The notes under the pieces are model-generated. The model ran no database searches. It was not told where the DNA came from and was given only the letters and a program-made list of their open reading frames with translations. Positions 30,522-39,500 of a stretch of DNA of 64,000 bases are shown here, in pieces. Numbering within the stretch: the first letter of the stretch is position 1; the number at the start of each line of letters is the position of its first letter. The DNA comes from Candidatus Eiseniibacteriota bacterium. GTDB lineage: Bacteria > Eisenbacteria > RBG-16-71-46. The stretch covers positions 384,001-448,000 of the forward strand of contig CAVSAC010000010.1 in NCBI GenBank assembly GCA_963725865.1, in the 5' to 3' direction. A program made the translations under genes and the position numbers.

Positions 30522-31819
30522 TGTCCTGGCTCGACGACTATCGCGCCCGCCTCTGCTCGTCGGACGAGGCGGTGGCGAAGATCCAGAGTGGCGACCGGGT
30601 GTACTACAGTGGGAACGCGGCGGTGCCGCGGGCGCTGGTCGAGGCGCTCGCGCGCCGAGCTCCCCAGCTGCGCGACGTGAAGCTCGCCCACGTGCTGCTG
30701 CTCGGGGACGACCCGCTGTCGGCGCCCGGGATGGAGGCCCACTTCCGCCACCACTCGCTGTTCGTCGGCCCCGCCGACCGCGCCGCCGTGCACGAGGGCC
30801 GCGCGGACTACGTGCCCATCTTCCTGCACCAGATCCCGCGCCTGTTCGAGGAGCGTATCTTCCCGCTCGACGTCGCGATGGTGAGCGTCTCGCCGCCCGA
30901 CGCGCACGGATTCATGAGCCACGGCGTCGAGGTCGTCGCCTCCAAGGCGGCCTGCCGGCACGCCCGGCTCGTGATCGCGCAGGTCAACGACCGCATGCCG
31001 CGAGTGCTCGGCGACGCGTTCCTGCACGTGAGCCGGTGCGCGGCGATCGTCGAGCACAGTGCCGCGTTGCCGACGCTCGACGGCAAGGAGATCAGCGACG
31101 TGGAGCGCGCGATCGGCCGGCACGTCGTGGGACTGATCGAGGACGGCGCCACGATGCAGATGGGCATCGGCGGCATCCCCAACGCCGTGTACGAGTCGCT
31201 CGAAGGCCGGCGCGATCTCGGCATCCACACCGAGATGATCTCCGACGGCGCGATGCGCGCGATCGAGCGCGGCATCATCACCGGCAACGCGAAGAACCTC
31301 CACCCCGGCAAGGCCATCATCACGTTCGCGCTCGGCACCGAGGAGCTGTACCGCTTCCTCGACAACAACTCGATGATCGAGGCGCACCCGGCGGAGTACG
31401 TGAACGATCCGCGGATCGCGTCGCAGAACGACCGGCTGGTCGCGGTGAACTCGGCGATCGAGGTGGACCTCACGGGGCAGGTGTGCTCCGACTCGATCGG
31501 CACCTACATCTACTCGGGGTTCGGCGGCCAGGTCGACTTCATCCGGGCCGCCGCCTGGTCGAAGGGCGGCAAGCCGATCATCGCGCTGCCCTCCACCGCG
31601 AGGGGCGGCCAGGAGTCGCGCATCGCGCCCCTCCTCAAACCGGGCGCCGGCGTGGTGACGAGCCGCGCCGACGTGCATTACGTGATCACCGAGCACGGCG
31701 TCGCGAACCTGTTCGGCCGGACCCTGAGCGAACGCGCCGAGGCGCTGATCCGGATCGCCGCCCCCGAGTTCCGCGCCGAGCTCGAGGCCGCGGCCCGGGA
31801 GCGCAAGCTGCTCGTCTAG
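30521..31819 (+). CDS. Acetyl-CoA hydrolase/4-hydroxybutyrate CoA-transferase family protein
   Basis: QMGIGGIP, GIHTEM (catalytic Glu), SGFGGQVDF, VITEHG; TGATG coupling to ald. Confidence 0.93.
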   Translation: MSWLDDYRARLCSSDEAVAKIQSGDRVYYSGNAAVPRALVEALARRAPQLRDVKLAHVLLLGDDPLSAPGMEAHFRHHSLFVGPADRAAVHEGRADYVPIFLHQIPRLFEERIFPLDVAMVSVSPPDAHGFMSHGVEVVASKAACRHARLVIAQVNDRMPRVLGDAFLHVSRCAAIVEHSAALPTLDGKEISDVERAIGRHVVGLIEDGATMQMGIGGIPNAVYESLEGRRDLGIHTEMISDGAMRAIERGIITGNAKNLHPGKAIITFALGTEELYRFLDNNSMIEAHPAEYVNDPRIASQNDRLVAVNSAIEVDLTGQVCSDSIGTYIYSGFGGQVDFIRAAAWSKGGKPIIALPSTARGGQESRIAPLLKPGAGVVTSRADVHYVITEHGVANLFGRTLSERAEALIRIAAPEFRAELEAAARERKLLV

Positions 31820-31901
31820 GCCGGGATCAGCTCGCGCGCGGACTCGTGCGGGCGGGGCCGGCGCCGGCGCGCGGGTCCAGACTCGTCGAGCGCCGCCGGA
31901 T

Positions 31902-32405
31902 TCACCACACTCCGGGCACCCAGCGATACGTGCCCGCCATGCGCGCGCGATGCGGCTCGCCGAGCGTGGCGAGCAGCACCCGATCCTCGCGCATCGCGCA
32001 CCACGCCGAGGTCGCGAGCGCCGGCAGCGTGAACACCAGCCAGCCCCACGGTACCCCGAGCGCGGCCGGCAGCGCGGCGTAGAACAGCACCCGCGCCGCG
32101 GTGGCCGGCTGGCGCACGCGCGCGGTGCCGTGCCGCGATCGCCACCGCGCCAGCAGCGCGGCCAGCACACCGGCGACGCCGAGCGCGTTGCCCCAGCCCC
32201 CCGCGAGCGAGCCGCCGGTCGGGCCGATGAGCGCGTAGAACGCGGTCAGCGAAACCGCCACCACCGTGCGCGTCCACGCCGGCGCCGGCACCGCGGCGGG
32301 CACGCGGGTGTGGCCCGCCCGCCGCGCGAGCAGGTCCACCACGCCGAAGCACAGGATCAGGGTGCCGGACAGCGAGAATCGCACCCACGGATTGTCGAGC
32401 GTCAT
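31902..32405 (-). CDS. Small membrane protein, degenerate ICMT/PEMT methyltransferase-like
   Basis: SD GGAGG, hydrophobic; C-terminal REDRVLLATLGEPHRARMAGTYRWVPGVW resembles EExxLxxxFGxxYxxYxxxTxRxxP. Confidence 0.6.
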   Translation of the reverse strand: MTLDNPWVRFSLSGTLILCFGVVDLLARRAGHTRVPAAVPAPAWTRTVVAVSLTAFYALIGPTGGSLAGGWGNALGVAGVLAALLARWRSRHGTARVRQPATAARVLFYAALPAALGVPWGWLVFTLPALATSAWCAMREDRVLLATLGEPHRARMAGTYRWVPGVW

Positions 32406-32532
32406 GCCGCCTCCCGAAGGACCCGGCGCCGCGGCGGCGCCGTGCGCGGCAGAGAACCCGAAGCGCTCGTTCCAGTCAATCGCGCGCGGAGCAGCCGCGG
32501 GCCGCGGGGCGAAGCTGCTAGAGTCCGCATGC

Positions 32533-34065
32533 ATGCAACCCGCTCCCCGCCCCCGGCCGGCACCGCCCCGGCCCGTGCGCACGCTCGCGATCGCGGCGCT
32601 GCTGCTCGCGGCGCTGGCGTGGCCGGTGTGGCACGGCGCGCTCGACTTCTTCTTCGCGCAGGACGACTTCGTGGGTCTCGCGCGCGCCACCGGCCTGCTC
32701 CCGCGGCTCGCGGGACCCTGGCGGCTGTGGTCCAACCAGCTCCACTTCGACCTGCTGCTCGCGCTCGGCGGACTCGAGGCGCGCCATTTCCACGCCGCGA
32801 ACCTCGCCGCCCACGTGCTCGCCGCGGTCGCGCTGTTCGCCCTGCTCGCGCGCCGGGTCGATGCGATCGCGGCGTTCGCCGGCGCCGCGCTCGTCGTCAC
32901 TCACCCGGCCGCGTTCACCGCGCTCCACTGGGTGTCGGCGATCGGCGATCCGCTGGCACTCGCGCTCGCGCTGCTCGCGCTGCTGCTCGCCGAGCGTCCC
33001 GGGCGCATTCGCTGGTGCGCGGTCCCGGTGTTCGCTGCCGCGCTGCTCGCCAAGGAGTCGATCCTGCCGCTGCCGCTGGTCGCGATCGTGGTGCGCCACT
33101 TCGGTCCGCCGCGCGGCGCGCGGGCGGCGGGGCGCGCGCCGCTCGTCCTGCCTCACGAGCTCGCGTTGCTGGCGCTCGCGGCGGCGTACGGCGCGGGGTT
33201 CGTCGCCGCCGACGTGGTGGGCGTGCGGACCGGCGTCGGACGCGAGTCCGCGTACGCGCTGGGGCTCGGAATGGACGCGCTGCGGCACCTGGCGATGCTG
33301 CTCGGCTGGACCGCGAACTTCGTCGTGTTCACGTACCCGGTGCGCTTCGACAACGTCGATCCGCGCGTCTACCCGTGGGCGATCGGGTTCGCGGTCCTGC
33401 TGGCCGCCGGCTGCGCGTCGCGGCCGCTCCGCGCACGCGGCTGGCTGGGCGCGCTGGCGCTCTACCTGCTGTTCCTGCTGCCGGTGCTGCCCTTGCGGCA
33501 CCACGTGTACCGCTACTTCCTGGTCGCGCCGCTGGCGGGAATCGGCTGGGCGCTGGCGGCCGCGCTCGACGCGCTCCCGCTCGGCCGGCGTGCGCTCGGG
33601 ATCGGGGTGGCGCTGTTGGCGGTGGCGCTGGCGGCGAACGGCGCCCTGGTGGTGCGCTGGGCGGAGCGCGCGCCGAGCTCCTTCCCGTACCTGCTCGCCG
33701 ATCCGACCGCCGACCGCGAGCGCATCGCGCGCAATCTGCTCGCGGCGCTCCAGCAGGCGCGCCTGCGGCCCGGCACGCCGCTCGTGTTCCTGGCCCCGCG
33801 GCTGCGCCCCGACTCCGCGACGGCCTCGCCCGCGCGGCTCGCGGGACTGACCGCCTACTTCGAGGACAACCTGCGCAGCGCGATCGCGGATTCGCTCGCG
33901 GTGCGGCTGTTCGTGCCCGCCGCCGGCCCGCTCACGTTCGTGCGACAGGTCGGGCCGGCGCCCCCGCAGGCGCGCTGGGTGCTGTACGCCCCCGACGGCA
34001 CCTGCTGGCTGGGGACGCGTGCGGAGCTGGACTCGCTCGCCGCGCACGGCGCGACGGGGCCGTGA
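32533..34065 (+). CDS. Polytopic membrane protein, probable GT-C glycosyltransferase
   Basis: FFAQDDF in the first loop, FHAANL..H, LLAKES; many TM segments. Confidence 0.65.
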   Translation: MQPAPRPRPAPPRPVRTLAIAALLLAALAWPVWHGALDFFFAQDDFVGLARATGLLPRLAGPWRLWSNQLHFDLLLALGGLEARHFHAANLAAHVLAAVALFALLARRVDAIAAFAGAALVVTHPAAFTALHWVSAIGDPLALALALLALLLAERPGRIRWCAVPVFAAALLAKESILPLPLVAIVVRHFGPPRGARAAGRAPLVLPHELALLALAAAYGAGFVAADVVGVRTGVGRESAYALGLGMDALRHLAMLLGWTANFVVFTYPVRFDNVDPRVYPWAIGFAVLLAAGCASRPLRARGWLGALALYLLFLLPVLPLRHHVYRYFLVAPLAGIGWALAAALDALPLGRRALGIGVALLAVALAANGALVVRWAERAPSSFPYLLADPTADRERIARNLLAALQQARLRPGTPLVFLAPRLRPDSATASPARLAGLTAYFEDNLRSAIADSLAVRLFVPAAGPLTFVRQVGPAPPQARWVLYAPDGTCWLGTRAELDSLAAHGATGP

Positions 34066-34069
34066 GCCC

Positions 34070-36361
34070 TCAGTCGACCGCGACCGCCTCGCGCGTGGCG
34101 GGCACCCGCACGGTGGCCGTGACCGGCGCCAGCGCGCGCACCACCAGCAGCGTGATGTCGTCCTGCGGCTCGCGTCCGGCCAGGAAGCGCCGATGGCCCG
34201 CCAGCAGCCGCTCGCCGAACTCGCGCGCGCACAGGTCGCGCGGCAGCGCCTCGGCGAGCGCGAACAGCCGCTCCTCGCCGAACTCCTCGTCGGTCCCGTC
34301 GCGCGCCTCGGTGATGCCGTCGGTGTAGAGCAGCACGACGTCGCCCGGCGCCAGCGCCACCTCGTCGGTCTCGAACGCGCCGTGCTCGAGAATCCCGAGC
34401 GGCACGCCGCCGCGGACCAGGAACTCGCGCCCCCCGCCGTGGCGCAGCAGCACCGGCCAGTTGTGCCCGGCGTTCGAGAACCGCATCGCGAGGCGGTCGC
34501 CCTCGACCCGCGCCAGGAAGAAGGTGGCGAACTCGTTGAGGTCGGTGCTCTGGTAGAGCAGCGTGTTGATGTTGCGCAGGATCGTGTCCAGCCCCATCAC
34601 GCTCGCGGCCTGGGTGCGCAGCGCCGCCTGCAGCATCGCCGACAGCAGCGCCGCGGGCACGCCCTTGCCCGAGACATCGGCGATCGCCACCAGGTGCGCG
34701 CCGTCCCCGGTCGCGACCACGTCGTAGAAGTCCCCGCCCACCTCCTTGGAGGGGATGTAGAACGCGTGGATCTCGACGTGCGGCAACACCGGGAACACCG
34801 AGATCAGCGATGCGCGCTGGATGCGCTGGGCGAGCGCCAGCTCTTCTTCCACGCGCGCCAGCGCCACCCGCTCGCGCAGCAGCAGCGCGTTCTGCAGCGA
34901 CACCGAGACCTGCGCGGCGAGCGTGGTGAGCAGGGTCACGTCCTCGCCGGTGTAGTCGGTGCCCACCAGCTTGGGGCCCAGCAGGATCGCTCCCATCAGG
35001 TCGTCGCGCCAGCGCAGCGGCACCACCAGGTCGATGCCCGGCACGCGCTGGAGCGCGACGCACTCGCTGGTATCGAGCCCCGCGACGCCGTCGGCGCAGC
35101 GCGCGCTCGTCACCTCGGCTCCCACGCGCGGCAGCAGCTCGCGCAGCTGCGCGAGCGACTCGGGCGTCAGGTCGCCTCCCACTCCCGCGCGCGCGAGCAT
35201 GCCTTCGCCGGTGAACGCGACGAGCCACGCGCCGCGCGGCACCAGCGCGCCCGCCAGGGTGCGGATCGTCCGCCCGAGCAGCTCGTCCAGGTCGATCGTG
35301 GTCTGCAGGTCGCGCCCGAGCGCGCGCAGCACGTTGCGGTAGTCGTTCGGGTCGCGCATCAAGATGCGGTCGAGCCACTGCTCGAGGCGGGCGATCAGCG
35401 GCTGGTAGACCGCGAGCGCCAGCACCAGGAACACCGGCCCGAGCACGCGACTGTCGAGCCCGGTGAGGCCCGGCAGCAGGCGGTTGAGCCGCGTCACCAG
35501 CAGCAGGTAGATACCGACCAGGCCCGCGGAGACCAGCGCGTACAGGATGCCGCGGCGCGCGATCAGCCGCGTGTCGAGGAACTTGTGGCGCACGACCGCG
35601 TACGCGATCGACCCGGGCCCGAGCGTCAGCGCGGTGAGCGTGAGCGCCGCCTGCAGGCTGCCGCTGAGCCGCAGGTTCAGCAGCGTCGGCACCGAGGTGG
35701 CCGCGGAATAGAAGGCGAGGCACGCCGAGAGCCCGACCGCGATCACGCGCAGCTGCTGGCGCAGCCGCGGCACGCGCGCGTGGCGGTAGGCGTCGAACAG
35801 CAGCACCATGGTCGCCAGACCAAAGCCCAGGTTCACGAGCGAGAACAGCGCGCGGTGCACGAGCAGGAACAGCTCGACCACCAGCCCGAACACGCTCAGC
35901 AGGGACGCCAGTACCTGCGAGACGCCGTGGCCGCTGAGCTTGAAGTCGGGGTGCCAGAGGCTGAGCGCCAGCGCGAGCCCGAAGTGCACGACGTGCGGCG
36001 CGAACACCAGGGTCTCGAAACCCGGCAGGCCGAACCCCCAGCGCCGCTCCTGCAATCGGCGGATGAACGGCCGCTCCTCAGGGAACGTGCAAGCGAACAG
36101 GAACAGCGTGGGGAAGAAGAACTCCCACACGTACGACATGCTCTGCAGCAGCGGCGCGGTCGCCGCGGCACCCTTGGCGCTCTGGGCGGCCATGAACGAG
36201 AGCGCCGCCAGCACCGCGCCGAAGCCGCCGAAGAACAGCATCAACGCGACGATGCGGTTGAGCCGCTGACCCGGGTTCTCGCGCAGGATCACGAAGCCGA
36301 GCAGGAACACCAGTCCGCCCAGCGAGAGATTCAGCGTCGAGAGCAGGAGGAAGGAGTTCAT
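34070..36361 (-). CDS. Multi-TM GAF + PP2C (SpoIIE/RsbU-like) phosphatase
   Basis: N-terminal TM segments, GAF, VGGDFYD, IADVSGKG, NAGHN, YTDG, DDIT. Confidence 0.92.
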   Translation of the reverse strand: MNSFLLLSTLNLSLGGLVFLLGFVILRENPGQRLNRIVALMLFFGGFGAVLAALSFMAAQSAKGAAATAPLLQSMSYVWEFFFPTLFLFACTFPEERPFIRRLQERRWGFGLPGFETLVFAPHVVHFGLALALSLWHPDFKLSGHGVSQVLASLLSVFGLVVELFLLVHRALFSLVNLGFGLATMVLLFDAYRHARVPRLRQQLRVIAVGLSACLAFYSAATSVPTLLNLRLSGSLQAALTLTALTLGPGSIAYAVVRHKFLDTRLIARRGILYALVSAGLVGIYLLLVTRLNRLLPGLTGLDSRVLGPVFLVLALAVYQPLIARLEQWLDRILMRDPNDYRNVLRALGRDLQTTIDLDELLGRTIRTLAGALVPRGAWLVAFTGEGMLARAGVGGDLTPESLAQLRELLPRVGAEVTSARCADGVAGLDTSECVALQRVPGIDLVVPLRWRDDLMGAILLGPKLVGTDYTGEDVTLLTTLAAQVSVSLQNALLLRERVALARVEEELALAQRIQRASLISVFPVLPHVEIHAFYIPSKEVGGDFYDVVATGDGAHLVAIADVSGKGVPAALLSAMLQAALRTQAASVMGLDTILRNINTLLYQSTDLNEFATFFLARVEGDRLAMRFSNAGHNWPVLLRHGGGREFLVRGGVPLGILEHGAFETDEVALAPGDVVLLYTDGITEARDGTDEEFGEERLFALAEALPRDLCAREFGERLLAGHRRFLAGREPQDDITLLVVRALAPVTATVRVPATREAVAVD

Positions 36362-36545
36362 CGCCTCTTGGGGGCGAACGGCGCCCGGGGGAGCGGCGGA
36401 ACGAGACCTGCGGGAGTCTTCCATGCCCCGCCGCGTCCGTCCAGCATTCGCCCACGTGGACGGTCGGCGAGCGCGGTACGTTGCCGGCGTCGGACCGGCG
36501 CGGCGTCGAACGTGACCAGCGGGTAGGCCTCCCCCAGCCTCCAGC

Positions 36546-39500
36546 TCAGCGCAGGATCACCACGCGGCGCACCGCCTGCGTTCCCGCCCCCGCGACGCGC
36601 ACCAGGTAGAGCCCCGGAGGCACCCGGCGGCCGCCGTCGTCACGGCCATCCCACAGCAGCGCGTGGCGGCCGGCCGCGAACGATCGCGCGGGGTCGCGGC
36701 GCACCCGCGCGCCGCGCACGTCGAGGACCTCGAGCGTCACCTCCGCAGCGCGCGGCAACTCCAAGCGGAAGGACGCGTTGGCGGGGGTCGGATTGGGGCC
36801 TGCGAAGCGCAGGGCGAAGACCTTCGGCAGCCCCTCCCCGGCCGCCTCGAGCACCGCAGGGTCCGAGAGCCACGACCACGCGAGTGCCGCGCCCGACCTG
36901 CCCGTGACCTCGACTCGCACGCTCGCGGCAGGCGCGTCCGGCCACGCCAGCGCCGTGTGCCGCTCGGCGAGCCCGAGCGCCCACGGCCGCCACGTGTGCC
37001 CGCCATCCAGCGAGAGCCACACGTCCCAGCCGCTCGCCGCCACGCCGGGCGGATCGTCCCAGTCGAGCGCGAGCGGCGCGCCGGTGCGGACCCGCACGGT
37101 GTCGCCGCCCGTGCCGAGCGCACGCAGCGGGCCGGCGTCGAGGCGCGGCTGCGGCAGCGCCACCGAGTCGCGCGCGATCACCCAGGCGCGCGCGCTGTCC
37201 TCGACCGCCACGGTCAGCGCGCCGCCCGCCGCCTGGGCGGCCGCGCGCGCGGCGAACAGGTCGAACGCGAACGACCAGGTGCCCGCCGGCCCCGCGCGCG
37301 GCGGAACGGAGACGTCACCGATCCACGCCGCGAGCGGCCGCACCAGCGTGCCCCCGGGTGCGCCGACGCGCAGCGAGTCGCCGAGCAGCGCGGCCGCGAG
37401 CGGCGGCGGCGGCAGCGCGAACGCGGCGCGCTCGAGCGCCACGTCGAGCGCGCACGCGACCGCCCGCACCGGATGCGCCGGATCGTCGGACACGATGCGC
37501 ACCTCGCCGCGGTAGCGGGCCGAGTCGCGGTCGGCCGCGCGCAGCGTGACGCGCACGCTGTCGACGCCGCCGGGCGCCACGGTGCCCGAGTCGCGCGCGA
37601 GCGCCAGCCACGGCTCCACCCGGGCGAGGCGCACGCGCAGACCGTCGTGCAGGTAGCCGGCGTTCGCGACCACCTGCAGCCCGACCGTGCGGCTGGAGTC
37701 CTGGAGTCCCACGGTCGCGCTGGTGCGCACGCTTCCGAGGCGCAGGTACTGCAGGTCGATGTCACCACTGGGGCGCAGCACGACCTGGTAGGTCGAGGGC
37801 CCTCCCCCGCCGACGCGCGGCACGTCGCGGAACGTGACCACGAAGCGCTGCGGATTGCCGTCCCAGTCGGCCCCGCCCCCACCGATCGGCGGGTCGAAGC
37901 TCTGGTCGTCCCAGAACACCGCGATCAGGTTCTCGGGCACCGCCGCGCCCGCGTTGGGCAGCCCGGTGTTGGTGAACGTGGTCCGCGTGCTGGTGAACGA
38001 CAGCCAGCCGTTCGAGCACACGTTCACGTGGTCGAACGTGCGCCCGTAGAACGGGAAGAGAAATGGCAGCGGGATGCCCGTCAGCGTCTCGTCGTCCTCG
38101 ACGAACGGGAGCCGCGTGGTGCCCGGCGTCGCCGCTTCCCACGCGAACGGCGGACCGCCCGGCTCGTCGCTGTCGGTCCACGCGTAGCCGAACGGATCCG
38201 GCCCGCCGGTGCCGAGCGCGCCCGCCGCTCCGGGATCGCCCTTGGCGTCCTCGCGCTCGAGCGGCGCGCCGGACGCGATGGCGGGACCGAGCCGTGCGGT
38301 CGCGCTCCAGTGCAGCGGGCTCGCCCCTGGATTGCGCACCAGCACCACGCGCTCGCGCTCGCGCGCGGCCGCGACCGTGCCGCGCGCGGCCACGCTCGCG
38401 AGCGTGCCGGGGGCGACGTCGGCGAGCGGCGGATCGAGCGCCACTCCGGCGAGCGGGATGTCCACCCGCGGGTTGGCGGGATCGTCGCCGGCGAGTCCGA
38501 GCACCCCCGCGAGCGTGCCGGGCCCCGCGGGCGCGAACCTCACCTGCACGGTGCGCTCGGCGAGTGGCGGCACCGCGAACTTGGCGGGCTCCACGCTCAC
38601 GCGCGCGTCGGCGATCGCCGGCGTGGTCACGTGCAGCGTGTCGGTGCCGGGATTGCGCACCGCGAGCGGCAGCGTGCGCGGCCAGCCGGCGTACGTGACG
38701 CCGAAGTCGAGCGCGGCCGGGCTCACGCGCAGCTCCGGCGCGCCGCTCACCGTGAGGGCGGCCGGCACGTGGATGACGGGGCGCTGCGGATCGTCGCCGG
38801 CGATGCGCACCGCCCCGCGGTACACCCCGCCGAACAGCGCGGCCGCGTCGACGTGGAGCGTCAGGTCGGTCGACTGTCCAGCGGGCAGCAGGCCCTGGTC
38901 CGGGGTGATCGTGAGCCAGCGCAGCGGCGGATGGAACCGCACCACCATGCTGTCACGCAGGTAGGCCGCGTTCATCACCACCTGGAGCCCGTCGTCCCGC
39001 GCGGCGTCCTGGATGCCGACGGTCGCGCTGGAGAGCACGGCGGCGCGCAGCGCGAGGTAGCGGTATTCCAGCGAGCCGTCGGGGAACAGCACGATTTCGA
39101 ACGTGTTCGGCCGCGTCGACTCGCCGGAGCCGAAGCGCGGCACCTCCTGGTACTGGATCACGCAATGCTGCGGATCGGAGCGCACCCACACGCGGCGCTG
39201 CGGTCCGAACACCAGGTCGTCCCAGAACACCGCGAGCAGGTTCTCGGGCGCGCCCGCCGAGTTGCTCGGCAGCGGCGTGTTCGCCGGCGTGACGCGCGTG
39301 GAGTCGGTGAAGGACACCCAGCCGTTCGTGCACACGCGCAGCCGGCGCTGCGGGATACCGTAGAACGGGAAGTCGAAGCCGATCGGGATCGGATCGCTGA
39401 GCGCGTCGTCGCCGCCGAGCGCGATGCGGGTGCCGAAGGCGCGCACGTCCTCCCACGTGAACGCGGGACCGCCGGTGGCGGCGCCGTCGCGCCAGGTGTT

